NCBI GenBank assembly: GCA_051294905.1
Contig: CM119378.1
Location: 372,001 to 436,000, forward strand
DNA: 64,000 bases
Direction: 5' to 3'
DNA from: Botryllus schlosseri
Taxonomy: Eukaryota
The position numbers and the translations under genes are program-made. Shown here one piece after another: positions 11,887-23,865 of this stretch; within the stretch, counting starts at the first letter, position 1, and each line of letters begins with the position of its first letter. The notes beneath the pieces were generated by a model. It ran no database searches and had not been told where the DNA came from. It was given only the letters and a program-made list of their open reading frames with translations.

Positions 11887-12858
11887 GATAGCTAGTATTG
11901 ATGCAGTGGGAATTGTTTGTATTTCGACTTGAATGTGGGCATGCTCGATGATGACTGTGGGATAGCCGACGATATAATGTCTAATGTATAAAATCATGTA
12001 ATCTGATAAAATTACATGACTCAACGGTGGGCGGAGGTCAATCTTCAACAAAGCTCGTGATGAGCCATAATCATCGACGATTCGAGTACAGTCGCTTTGT
12101 CGATAGTCCATTGTCTGTGACGTTACGTGACTAACGACTGTATGGTGTTGGACAAGTTAGGGGTCGAAGTAAACAACGGAAACTAAAACCAATAAGGTCA
12201 GCTCATAGAAACTAATAGATGGACACATTCCGTAAGATATATCCTGATGCTAGTTTTAGACTACACTTAGCCACGGCGGTAGGGTTTTTATATCGTTACG
12301 CCGAGTTTTCGAAGAGCTCTATATGTGGCTCTGGAGGAGAGCATCTTTAATGAATAAACTTAGTACCGTATCAGTTTATTAATAATTTCATCAGTTTTGC
12401 AGCAGAATGTGATACAATGAAAAGATACTAAGGAGTAAAAAGACGTGGAGTTGTGTTTTAATCAGATGGTTGCCGGTGAACTCGGCCCTCTTGAAATTTT
12501 GTATTAAAGCGTATTAACAACTATTAATATGAATTATTAAACTAATTTTATTATTATCAAGTGATTTGTCAATATTGTACGGAGGTCATGGCATGCGTAG
12601 ATCACGCAGTCACGGCGTGATTAGATCACATGGTCACGGATTGCGCACGCGCGGGAGTTAACGCGCAGTGTTGCCAATTTAGCGATTTTCGCGCTAGATC
12701 CAGCGATTTTTCATGAGGTTTAGCGCCAAAAAATATTGATCTAGCGATCAATTTTGGGGCTGTTTTGAGGCCATTCCATTGTCTTAAAAAGAATGTAATT
12801 CGTATATTGTCGGAATCAGTGACTCATTCCATTATAATTTAGCAAATTTTCTGACATT

Positions 12859-13858
12859 TGTAATGCATACCCTCAGAATTGTCCAATATTTACAAATGTT
12901 GTTCTTTTTTGAATTCTGGGTACATTTAAAAAAATTAGATTGAAAAATTTCCAGCGGTTCAAAAGATAATGCAATTCAAAATTATGATGTCAATAGGTGG
13001 CGCTGCACGCAAAAATCTTTAAAATCCATATTTTTTGCTGTAATGATGGTGAAGAATCAATTAAAATGTCTAATTATACAATTTTGGGGCCAAGGAATTC
13101 AAAAAAATCAACATTTTCGCTCTAAACTCGAAGAAAAAAAAGTTATGGACAAAACAAAATTGGAGGGGAGCGGACTTGAAAATCCATGTAGGCTACCGTT
13201 TACAGAAAAAAAAATTATTGCAAAATGTACTCTGAAGCAGTGTGATTGATAAACAATTGGAATTTTAAATTAATCTCTATTCCTCAAGGAAATCACCAAA
13301 AAAAATTATCTTTGCTTTAAGTGATTGCTTATTATAGTAGTTACGGTGAGCAGATTTGCACTGCTGCCCACCACAATTACTATTATAATCAATCACTCAA
13401 AGAAAAGATAATTATTTTTCGTGATTTCCTTGAGGAATAGAGATTAATTTAAAAATCGAATTGTTTATCAATCACACTGCTTCAGAGTACATTTTGCAAT
13501 AATTTTTTTTTCTGTAAACGGTAGCCTACATGGATTTTCAAGTCCGCTCCCCTCCAATTTTGTTTTGTCCATAACTTTTTTTTCTTAGAGTTTAGAGCGA
13601 AAATGTTGATTTTTTTGAGTTCCTTGGCCCCAAAATTGTTTAAATAGACATTTTAAGTGATTCTCCACCATCATTACAGCAAAAAATATGAATTTTTAAG
13701 AATTTTGCGTGCAGCGCCACCTAGTGACATGATAATTTTGAATTGCATTATCTTTTGAACCGCTGGAAATTTTTCAATCTACTTTTTTTTAATGTACCCA
13801 GAATTCAAAAAAGAACAACATTTGTAAATATTGGACAATTCTGAGGGTATGCATTACA
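12859..13858. repeat. 1-kb near-perfect palindrome (foldback-like)
   Basis: tgtaatgcataccctcag ... ctgagggtatgcattaca; ~500-bp arms with scattered differences, centre ~13358, no clear TSD. Confidence 0.9.
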
Positions 13859-13877
13859 GCCCCTGTTAAGTTATATA

Positions 13878-14072
13878 TAGGGGGGATATTAGGGTTGGTG
13901 GTGGGTTAGGGTCCAATTTGGGGTTAAGGTATCCCAAGATTAGGGTTACGGGAGGAGGGACATTAGGGTTGGGGAAGGGGGGATATTAGGGTGGGTAGGG
14001 GTTTAGGGTTTGAGTATCCCAAGATTAAGGTGCCCTGACATGAATATCCCCCAACCATAATATCTAGGGTTA
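13878..14072 (+). repeat. G-rich degenerate TTAGGG-like tract
   Basis: Several ttaggg/tagggtt units among G runs; another gggttagggttaggg at ~14602-14616. Confidence 0.6.
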
Positions 14073-14749
14073 CCATATTTTGGAAATCAGAAAAAAGGAC
14101 CATATTTTCATTTATATTTTCGGAATCAGTGTGACAGTATAGCTTTTGATCAAGACCAGATTCAGTAAATTCTGCCCTCTGGAAGATAACTTTTGAATTG
14201 CCAGAAATCCTACAGTCGCTGACGCAAAATAATTCTGAATATAGCCTCAGCGAAGCGGAATGAAGCTGCAAAATCAGTCGTTGCCATTCCATGTTTACAT
14301 TCGATTAATTCCAGTAACCAATCATGGTGAACCGGTAGCGTGCGTGGTGGAGTCTTCGATATCAGGCTCTCGCACTGCGAGATCTACCACAACCACGGCA
14401 CGTGTTTCTTCCCTATCTGAGATTGACCAATCACTTGATAATAATATTAGTCGTTTAATAATTCATATTGATAGTTGTTAATACACTTGATTACAAAATT
14501 TCCCGAGGGTCGAGTTTGTGGGGCCGAATTCACTGGTAATCAATCAGACACCCTCGGCAGGGCAGGAAATTCCGTTGCCTGCTACCATTCAACATTATAA
14601 TGGGTTAGGGTTAGGGCTGATAAAAAAAAGGTGTCAAATATCAAATATTCTGTGCAATACCACCGATTTTATTAGCAGTGTTGTTATCTACAGCCAATCC
14701 ACAAATTCTATCACTATCTCCTATGCTGTAACTCTAAGTAAATTTTGTA

Positions 14750-16417
14750 ATGGGCAACTGCGTTCGGCGCCCGAAAAACTCCAGGCGTCGTAAAACGCGT
14801 CGCATGCTTGCCACAACATTGGACACCGGCACAGAGGAGCCATACATGCTGATACTGCAAGAAGATGGTGGCAGACATCGAAGTAGCAGTTCGTCCGGGG
14901 CACCGTTTCAGCGCCGCTCTGAACCGGATTCTTCCCAGCACCCAGGCTTTATTTGTCGTAGGGTAGAGGACCACGATATAGACAAGCATGTGTTGGAAAC
15001 TCTTGCAATTTTACGAACATCGGCAGAAGATGACACGGCATTATTGTCCCGAATGCGGACTTTCCGTTCGTGGGCAAATAGCGAAACAGGCTGGAAAATG
15101 GTTTTGGGATCATTAATTCGCACGATTCCAAACGATGATCCTCTCGGCCCTTCCGCTATTACCCTGTTTATCGATCATTGTCCATTGCCCTCTAAAATCG
15201 CCGTGACCAGCTTCATCCAAGACATGAATTTATCAAGGGAGGAAATATCAAAGAACTTGGAAAGGCATCGTAATATTTGCGCAGTCGTGGGACATTTATC
15301 CGAAAGTTTATCCGCTCCGTTCAGTAAACTCATTTGTACGGACGAAGTGTTGGGTTTTCTACTGAGAGCGTTGGACGCTGAGAAATGTGTGACAGAACGC
15401 GCATCTACGAATGCCTTATTTTCGTTGATTGCGCTCGAAAAACTTTCTCTCATCAAAGAAAACAAGGACATGATCTTGGCTTCCGATCTTCAGGAAAGGC
15501 TCAAACTTTTAGAAGCCTTCCATGATTCGGAAAATTGTAAAAAACGTCAAATCGGATTCCTAGCTCTGTGGTTATTGGACAACGTGTTCATTATCTCGGA
15601 TCGACTGTATTCGTATCAAACTATCGACGTGAGCAATGTTAACGTGATGCTGAATGATAAAGATGTCAGCGAGTATTTAAAAATCTCTCCCGATGGATTG
15701 GAGGCGCGCTCTGACGCACCTTCGTTCGAATCTGTGCGCTGTACGTTTTCCGTGGATAAAGGAAAGTGGTTTTATGAAGTCACAATCATGACTTCGGGAG
15801 TTATGCAAATCGGATGGGCGACGAAAAACAGCAAATTCTTGAATCACGACGGATTTGGTATTGGTGATGACGAATTCAGTTATTCGTACGACGGTTGCCG
15901 TAAACTAGTCTGGTATCGGGCTCATTCGCATTCCCAACCTCACCCTGCTTGGAAAGAAGGAGATGTGCTCGGCTCATTGCTTGACATTGACAACAGCCAA
16001 GTGATATTTTATTTAAATGGAGATTCATTACCGCCTAAAAACTGTCTATTCCGATGCGCGAGCGCAGGTTTTTTTGCAGCTGCATCGTTCATGTCGTTTC
16101 AACAATGCAGGTTCAATTTTGGATCGGAACCGTTTAAATTCCCGCCTCAAACTGTTGATTTCTCCACGTTCAACGATTCTGCAATCTTGGATGCAACCGA
16201 CAAAGTAATTTTGCCCAAACACAAAAAGATAGAGAAACTGTGGACGATCTCCATAGGAGAGGACAGTTGTGTTATTTGCTGCGACGCTAAATGTGACACG
16301 ATCATACGACCGTGCGGCCATCGCGGTATTTGTAGAGTATGCGCTTCTCAATTGACGAACTGCCATCTCTGCAGAGAAGTGATAGCTGGGTTGTGTGCTG
16401 ATGAAACAACAGTGTAA
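14750..16417 (+). CDS. RSPRY1: RING finger and SPRY domain-containing protein 1 (555 aa, intronless CDS)
   Basis: N-terminal MGNC; DPLGPSAITL..CPLP; SPRY domain (DVSEYLKISPDGLEARSDA.SFESVRCTF, WFYEVT, GVMQIGWAT, GIGDDEFS); C-terminal C3HC4 RING CVICCD..PCGHRGICRVCA..CHLCR. Confidence 0.93.
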   Translation: MGNCVRRPKNSRRRKTRRMLATTLDTGTEEPYMLILQEDGGRHRSSSSSGAPFQRRSEPDSSQHPGFICRRVEDHDIDKHVLETLAILRTSAEDDTALLSRMRTFRSWANSETGWKMVLGSLIRTIPNDDPLGPSAITLFIDHCPLPSKIAVTSFIQDMNLSREEISKNLERHRNICAVVGHLSESLSAPFSKLICTDEVLGFLLRALDAEKCVTERASTNALFSLIALEKLSLIKENKDMILASDLQERLKLLEAFHDSENCKKRQIGFLALWLLDNVFIISDRLYSYQTIDVSNVNVMLNDKDVSEYLKISPDGLEARSDAPSFESVRCTFSVDKGKWFYEVTIMTSGVMQIGWATKNSKFLNHDGFGIGDDEFSYSYDGCRKLVWYRAHSHSQPHPAWKEGDVLGSLLDIDNSQVIFYLNGDSLPPKNCLFRCASAGFFAAASFMSFQQCRFNFGSEPFKFPPQTVDFSTFNDSAILDATDKVILPKHKKIEKLWTISIGEDSCVICCDAKCDTIIRPCGHRGICRVCASQLTNCHLCREVIAGLCADETTV

Positions 16418-17267
16418 TTAAGGGGTCTCTTGTCGAGACACTCAATTTAGATCAGTGGTTACCAAAGTGGGAGATTTTGCCCCTCTGGGGGGCGAAAATA
16501 ACAAAGTCAATTTGGGGGTAAAAATATTAGAATGTTCTGTCAATTTTACATTTCTTTTCTTGCAAAGTTCAATGTATATATAATTTGTCAATGTTGATAG
16601 AAAAGTGACTTGATGCTCGTGGAGATTATGCTTCACATTACGCAAATCAAACTTCCAAATTTTCTCTACTTCGCAGTATTGCATTATTTATGTGATCCCA
16701 AGACTATCCCAAGATCCCAAGACTATAACAGGTAGATCAAACCTACTTGAGTATCTGATACAAGTAATTTTGTACGAGTACTAATTCATAACTGTTTTTT
16801 TATGTTGAAATACTAATTTTTTGCATATTTAACCTGGGCAATCAGAAAGAAGTCTTGGGGATCGCTTGAACAATGAAGCAAGTAGATACTAACTTGAGTT
16901 AAGCAGAAATATAGAAGTACTTTGTGACCCCCCTCCATAGATTGACAATAAAAATATGTCAAGCTTCAATTCTCTGCTGGATGATGACGATTACCCCTGA
17001 CATGTGTCAGCTACAAATATTCCGGTTCATTTCAACACGAGTCAAAATATTTGATAACCACTGATTTAGATGCTCCTCTCTTCCTATATAAATATGCTTT
17101 GCAATACACACATGCCATGCTGTGTTGTTTATTTCAGAATTCCACACTGTTCTCATTTACGTTTATTGCTTGGAGATCTTGTAACGTTTACTCATTTTAA
17201 CGCTTGGTATGGGCTCAAAGACATTTACCGTATTGCACTTGCTGTAAATAAAATTCCCAATCATGGC

Positions 17268-20200
17268 TCACGAAGAGCAGCTGACTTTTAGATTGTCTGC
17301 CCAGGCAGGTCTTCTGTCAGCGTATCCAGATTCTTCAGCTGTACTCTGCTTAGAATAAGGATTTTGCAATATTTTCAGTATTTTGCGTACAACAGAGAAA
17401 TCGTCTTCATTTGCATGCCGGATTGCCTGCTCGGCCATCCAATTTCTCAGAACGTATCTCGTGTTAGCAGCTTGCATTGTTGACATTCGAGCCAGATCTG
17501 TGATATTCGCCGGGTTCCGAGAAAGCCTTTCTCGATATGATTTTATCCATTTTGCAAAGTCCTTGTGGTCGGATAAATCTTTCAACGCCCAGTTTGATTT
17601 CGGGATCAAGTTTGGAGAAAGGTTCAGTTCTGCCAATTCGCTCAAATCGCGAAAAGTCATTGTGAAATCTGATTTTGTTTGTCGCATCATAGCGAGAAGC
17701 TTCGTAAATAGGAAATTATCGTTTATTAGTTCGTTAAAAAGCCCTAATTTCTTCCGAAATTCTGCATTGAAATCCTTTTGATATTCTGATTCAAAAGATT
17801 GATAGATTTTTAAGACTTCTTCCTTCTCTTTGGGATCTAACAAAGGACTTATCGCCACCCTTAATTTGTCCAAATTAAATTTAGCGACTCGGGGCTGATT
17901 TCCAAACCGGTACAACCCTCCGTCATCCGACGTATTCGGAATAAAATCAGGATCATACTCTTCCACAAAACCAAAAGGCCCGAAATCGATGGTCAATCCG
18001 AGCAAGCTGAAATTGTCAGTGTTGCAAACCCCATGAGCGAAACCAACAGTCATCCATTTCGCTACCGTTGCGATTGTGCGTCTGAAAACGGCTCGGTAGA
18101 ATTCAACGAATTTGTTCTTGGACTTTAAAGTGTCAGTGTGAAAATGATTGTATATGATATAGTCCACAAGTTCACGCAAGAGATCTATCTCCGAGTTTGA
18201 CTCTAATATTTCCAACGATCCGATCCTAAACCACGACGGCGCAACCCGTAGAACCACGGCTGCTCGTTCGGCCTTGACGTTACCATTGTAGAATTGGTCG
18301 CGTATCACCGGATCATCAGAAACGACTAAACTCGCGGATCTGGAAGTTTCAATTCCCAGGTTGTGCAGCGCTTCACTGCATAAAAATTCGCGGACAGACG
18401 ACCGCAAAACGGCACGTCCGTCACCTCTTCGAGAATACGGAGTCCTGCCAGAGCCTGGAAATTAAAAAATGTGAAGTCAGGCACGATAGAAAAATTTAGA
18501 AAAATAGCAACAAGCAACACATACTCCCAAATTCAGAGACTAGATTAAATTATATTAGTTAGAATTCCAGCTATACAGTTTTTTTCCGAATGACATTAGA
18601 AGATGGTGTGTCATAAGAATAGTGGGGATTCACATAACGACAGTAAGCCCATTTACATGGCCGTTCGGGTCAGCTTCGAAGTTGACTCGTCAATCCGACT
18701 CTCGTTTTTGAAAAACAGAAAAAGGCAGACGGCTTCAATCCGTCTTGAGCTCAATCCGTTCCGCAGAGTCGCTTGGAGACGACTTGAACAGTACCGGTAC
18801 TTGAAAACGAATCCAGACTACAGCAACTTACCAACATTTCATGTTCATATTTCACGAAACCGGCACGTATTTCAAATGGGTGAATATGAAAGCTATATCA
18901 GTACATGATACTGCTTTTATAATACGCACGTGGTCTTATTTGTTCAGCGTCACAACTTGTGAAGCGAGTACACTAAGTACAGCCAACAATATAACCTGCA
19001 CAACTCATAATCAGAAAGAATATATATACGGCGTATTTGGTCATTCTAGAATTGTGTTGAAGGTATTTCGGGATATCTCAACTGCCGTAGCATATTCCCG
19101 AGCTGAATCCCACAGTGCTGTGTATCACTCGAGCTGCGTTAAACATGACCATGTAAACTCGAACACTTTGGCAAGCCGTCTCATGACGTCGCTCCAAGAC
19201 GACTTGGCTTCAAGACGACTTGACCATGTAAATGGGCTTAGTGTTAAGCACTCAAGCGGTAAGATAATTATACCAATTGGCCACAACATACAGCCATGAG
19301 CCAAAGACATAACACTATTAAAATATGTGAAGAGACAGACATTCAGTTGCTCTAGTTTTATGATCGTCGATTCGAGTGCCTTTAAATCAGTGGTTCCCAA
19401 ATGGTGGGGAATTCCCCACTGGTGGGGAATTCAATGGTTTCTGGTGAAGAATAGACGCATTTGTTCAAAATTATATACGGGACAGTCTAGATATTCACGG
19501 AGACACATGCGTAATTACCGTTACCAGCTAACTGCTCTGGAATGTATGTAATTTGTATCGAAAATTATATTGCGTGTTGTTCACAAAACCTCATTTTTAA
19601 CTCTGGATGGCCAACGGTGGCGTCACAAACGCATCCAGCATGACTAGTTTTACATGAGATAACGCTTTCTCGAAATTTTGAGCGTTACTGGTATCGGTTC
19701 ACAAAACGTTTTATGTTGCAGTTATTGGCGATTGTCTTGCGTACTGGTGTGGTTGTGTGTCTTGTGTAGTATGTGATGACAAAAGTGTTGGGTAGTGGGG
19801 AGCACGACCGTAACTGCCGCACCCAAAACCCCCAAGAGCGAGCTCGAAGGGTCCCAAAATTATTTCGTGAATTCAAATAAATTATAGAGTTTTTTTTTTA
19901 AATTTATGCCACATTTCCAAAATATATTTGCGCTGGGGGCGCGATTTCATGTTGCCGAATATCTTGATTATTGGGTACCCTTCTCCCACAAAAATATGTA
20001 GAATTTATAGAAATGGACACTTCGGCGTCGGCCATTACTGCGCCTCGACGAACCAAGAGATATGAAGTTATAGGCCATGTAACATACGACTCCGAGAAGT
20101 GTGCCAGAACGATCAGCAGCGAGAAGAGCTTGGCCGAAAAGGAATGCCCTTGTGGTGACAGAAAACTTCGATATATATACGATATACATATAGCCTATGT

Positions 20201-23200
20201 TTAATTGTCCATAGGCGGCTGAATGGCTGACGCCGAATATTCCTGTCTTGTCGATCTGAATCTCAGAGGACCAATCCATTGCCAGTAAAGCAATACCAAT
20301 TTGAAATCGTGTGTGACTTTTAGTTTTGGCGATTTCCATATCTTTTGAAATAGCAGATATAGGAGGTCACGAAATAGCATAATGTAACGAAGTCAATATA
20401 CCAACGGGTCCGTCCGAAGATGTTTAATACTTATTTAGGAGTCCTACCTTTTCCAACACACCTCACCCAGCAATACTGGTAAATCTGATTACGTGAGCAG
20501 AGAGGGGATAAAAAATTGATAGCAAAATACATGCAATTACCGATCATAATGGCCGATCCAAACATTAATTATAAAAAAAATTCGCGCTTAGTCGATATAA
20601 GGTGACGCTCGAAACAGTAGAACCGATGTAGTTAATAAGTAACGAAGGAAGAGCGTACAGGCTCAAGGGGCTGAGGGCGTTCTAGGGGGCGTGGCCCCCA
20701 GAAGTTGGGTTTATCACCCTGTGAGGGGCCCAAGACCAACGTTTTTTTTTGGGGGGGGGGACTGACGAAGTGCTGTTACGGTCCAGGTGGGGAATGAAGG
20801 CTTGGAATAAATCTGAAGTGGGGAATGAAGACAAAAAGGTTGGGAACCACTGCTTTAAATGGACAAGAGAAAGAATTGTAAATTGGTTGTCATTGTAGGA
20901 TTTTTCATTCGATTTGAAATCCATGAAATGAGTCACCTTTTAACTGCAGCTCGAACCTCTGTCCCCATTTGTTTCTGTATTCTCCGAGCAAGTGTGCGCG
21001 GCCGTCGCCGAGCTGGCCCGCCCACGAACCGAACTGATATCCGCCGTACCTGGAATCAGTCGCGAACTGTCAGATGCTTCTGCATGAAATTCACCTTCCA
21101 AAGACGATCGGTCGTTGTTTGGTCGCACAAAACTCAAGCCTGCAAATAACACTCACGTCGTGCTGGCAAACCACCAACGAAAACTCAGCAAGGCTGAGAT
21201 CTAATGCCGTGCTGGTTTATGCACTTTGGAGCGTAAGTAGGCCTACAACACATTCCAATTATCATATATATGGCCAGCACAAATTGCTGTCAAGTTATGC
21301 CGGACAATTATTTCCACAGCTATCCTACAGTCGTTTCTACAAGTATTTTCTATTGATGGAATACTACACAGTCCTCGAGATTACCGGACCACGATCAACC
21401 ATATCCAATTCTGCCTGCCGACAAATGCCTCATTCATTCTGACTGCTTATGCTCTTATGTTACCTGATAAAAGTGCTCATTCAGTGGTTCCCAACACGTA
21501 TTTAATGTGACACGTTAAAAAAATAATTCAGATTGGTAAAACAAAATAGTCTTCATGTTTTGACTTATCGAATTGTTAGGCAATTCTGACTCAAAATGAG
21601 TTTTAGCACCCAGTAACGTTAATTGGATACAGACCATGGTGTAGATTTATTTTCAAGCTGTGTAATCTCTTCACATCTTAAGATATATATGTTATTTTGA
21701 GCGGTCGTCGGTAACGAAGTACTCATACTTTTTTGAAGTACTCAAGTAGTTTTCCGTTAGTTGGATACTTACTCAAGTAGCTTTAATTTCCCCCTACTTC
21801 TACTTCCTAATATATTGGGACATGCTTACTTGCTTTTCGCTATTTTCAGTTCGTCAAGTAGAAGTAGTTTAACCCTCGAATAGCTTGAGAAATGTCAGGG
21901 CTGTTTCCACGAAGTATCAACATTTAATTTTCATAAAAAGTTGAATAAAGCCAGGAATTTTTGTCGCGCACAGTAGACTAATATGATTTCATGAACGTGT
22001 CGGTGGATATAATTTAGGTTGCGGGTTGCTTGGTTCTGTTCACACCGCATTGTCGCCGCTATGAGATATTTCATCACAGTAAATATGGCCCATCATAGTG
22101 TTTGAAACTGCCATTTACCTATAATATGGTAATCTATCAGCCCATGGAGTGTCGTAATCTGGAAAAGTGGACTCTGACTTTTTCTTAGATTTACGCCTGT
22201 TTTAGCAGACCACTTTCTGGGCAAAAGACACGCAATATATTTTCCGCTTTTTAGAAGTGGTATCTATTTTTCTCTTCGAGTTCTAATTAGTTCCAGTTCT
22301 TTTGTCTGGAGACATGTTTAAGTATAAAAGCAAGTGTAATAATGCCTCTATTTTTCCGAAAATATAGCTACACTAGGCTATATGGCATTTTTACAATCAG
22401 CCATATTTTTTATTAACGTCTACTAATCGCGCAAAGTGTTAAAGCCGTTTCCGACACCACTTCTCCGTGTTGCTCTTCGACCAAACCTTATAATATGGGG
22501 GAGGGCGCCATACCATGATATTTTCTAAATCGGGGTGTTCGAGTAAACAGAGGATTAGTAATGCATTCCCATATCAATGCTATCATTTTCACCCCATGAT
22601 GCAGACGAATGCTTATGCTGTCGAAAATTTATACCTACTCTACTGGGATGCATCAATGGTATGAATCAAGCTCTGCACCTTTCACATAGCTCAATTTGCA
22701 GCTTTTGACGGTTTATGCGAACGAATGACGATCGTTGTCACAACTACTTACTCACTTGAGTAGATCAAAAGTCATTCAATTCCACATCTACTTCAAGTAG
22801 TTTCAGACTGCTTTTAAAAGGACTACTTCTCCTCGTACTTGAGTAGATTATTGTGTCGCTACTTCTACTTGAGTAGCTTTCATGACTACTTTAACCACCT
22901 CTGGTTATTTTAGCACCTCTGAAACAATGTGCCTGAAAACAAGTGAATCAAAAAATAATCAGGCGTGCCAAGTTTGGATCGTGACCCATGCGTTTGTAAC
23001 CACTGCTCTAGGCCAAGGTGGGCGTTTGATTAAATGACTACTCCAAGTCATTTCAGCACCTATCTTTCCATCGTATTGCGATTTTCTACTCGAGTGAAAC
23101 TAGCATTTCCAAGTAGAAGAGGAAGTCTTCTAGGTCTAGTTTTTGTCTAGCATACTGTAGTGACAGTGGTCTAAAAGATACCCACTTCACAAAGTAATAA

Positions 23201-23865
23201 ACGTGGGCAAAATCTACTTGAAGTACAAGTACTTTGTTACTTACCACCTCTGGTTTGATCAATATTTGCATCGCTTCAACACACCACAAGATTGCGATAA
23301 TATTGAAAGACTGTAAATATACTCGTAGTCGTTTCGATACTGGTGTTTTGATCTTATCTCGATTAAATGATTGACAGTCGACAAAATGACTCCATCCCCA
23401 CCTGTGTGTCAATGGAGTACTGCCTTTGAAAATGCTGCTCCCAGACACAAAGTTCATGAAATCTGACGATTTCTCACAATCGTCGGGTCGGAGGTCCAGA
23501 AGATTAACGAGAACGTCATGAGAGAGCGCGACCAGCTTTGTTTCTGTTTTCAAAGGCGTCGGTTCAGCGATTGAAAAAATTGCGTTCGGTACTGTCCGAA
23601 TGTAATTACGCCGCTCATCATCCAGAGGTAAACCACTTGAAAGCAACACCGATTCACTGAGACGCCATTCGGAGAAGTTGATGGTTTGGACAGCTTGGCA
23701 AAAGTCAGACCTATACCCCTTCCTCCATAACATGACAGAACCCATCCAAGACAAACAGTGTTCATGAGAAGCTGGTGTCGGTACAGACGTCAGAGCCACA
23801 AATATAGTCGCGATCTTGCAGACCTTCTTAAAGTTCCATCGTAACGGTAGCTTAAAGGATCTCAT
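17268..23865 (-). CDS. SELENOO: Protein adenylyltransferase SelO family, Cys form; exons 23865-23402, 21049-20937, 18454-17268 (587 aa)
   Basis: GT-AG splicing in consistent phases reconstructs [57 protein letters not shown] and IDFGPFGF; C-terminus VSCSS. Orthology versus paralogy to SELENOO is not established. Confidence 0.92.
19388..20852. mobile_element. hAT (Charlie-like) MITE in SelO intron 2
   Basis: cagtggttcccaa ... ttgggaaccactg; 8-bp TSD ctttaaat. Confidence 0.85.
19803..20786 (-). mobile_element. Nested hAT-type element, same family as 43784-45400
   Basis: cacgaccgtaac ... gttacggtccag; TSD gtggggag/gtggggaa; internal homology to ~44700-45400 in reverse. Confidence 0.75.
21700..22903. 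mobile_element. Degenerate MITE with ACTCAAGTAG/CTACTTGAGT subterminal motifs (SelO intron 1)
   Basis: Motif clusters at both ends; ends ..aaccacctctg; related fragments near 3020, 16740-16920, 23215 and 50280-50420. Confidence 0.45.

Noticed and set aside
17265..17285. Terminal TGA of SelO as a Sec codon
   Set aside because: The Sec-equivalent position is already TGC; the TGA follows the conserved terminal SS and is an ordinary stop.
21870..22560. piggyBac-like insert (ttaa-ccctcg ... gaggattag)
   Set aside because: The right end and TTAA duplication are too degenerate to call.
23086..23401. C-terminal part of the 259-aa ORF
   Set aside because: Read-through into SelO intron 1 past the donor at 23401; contains repeat fragments.
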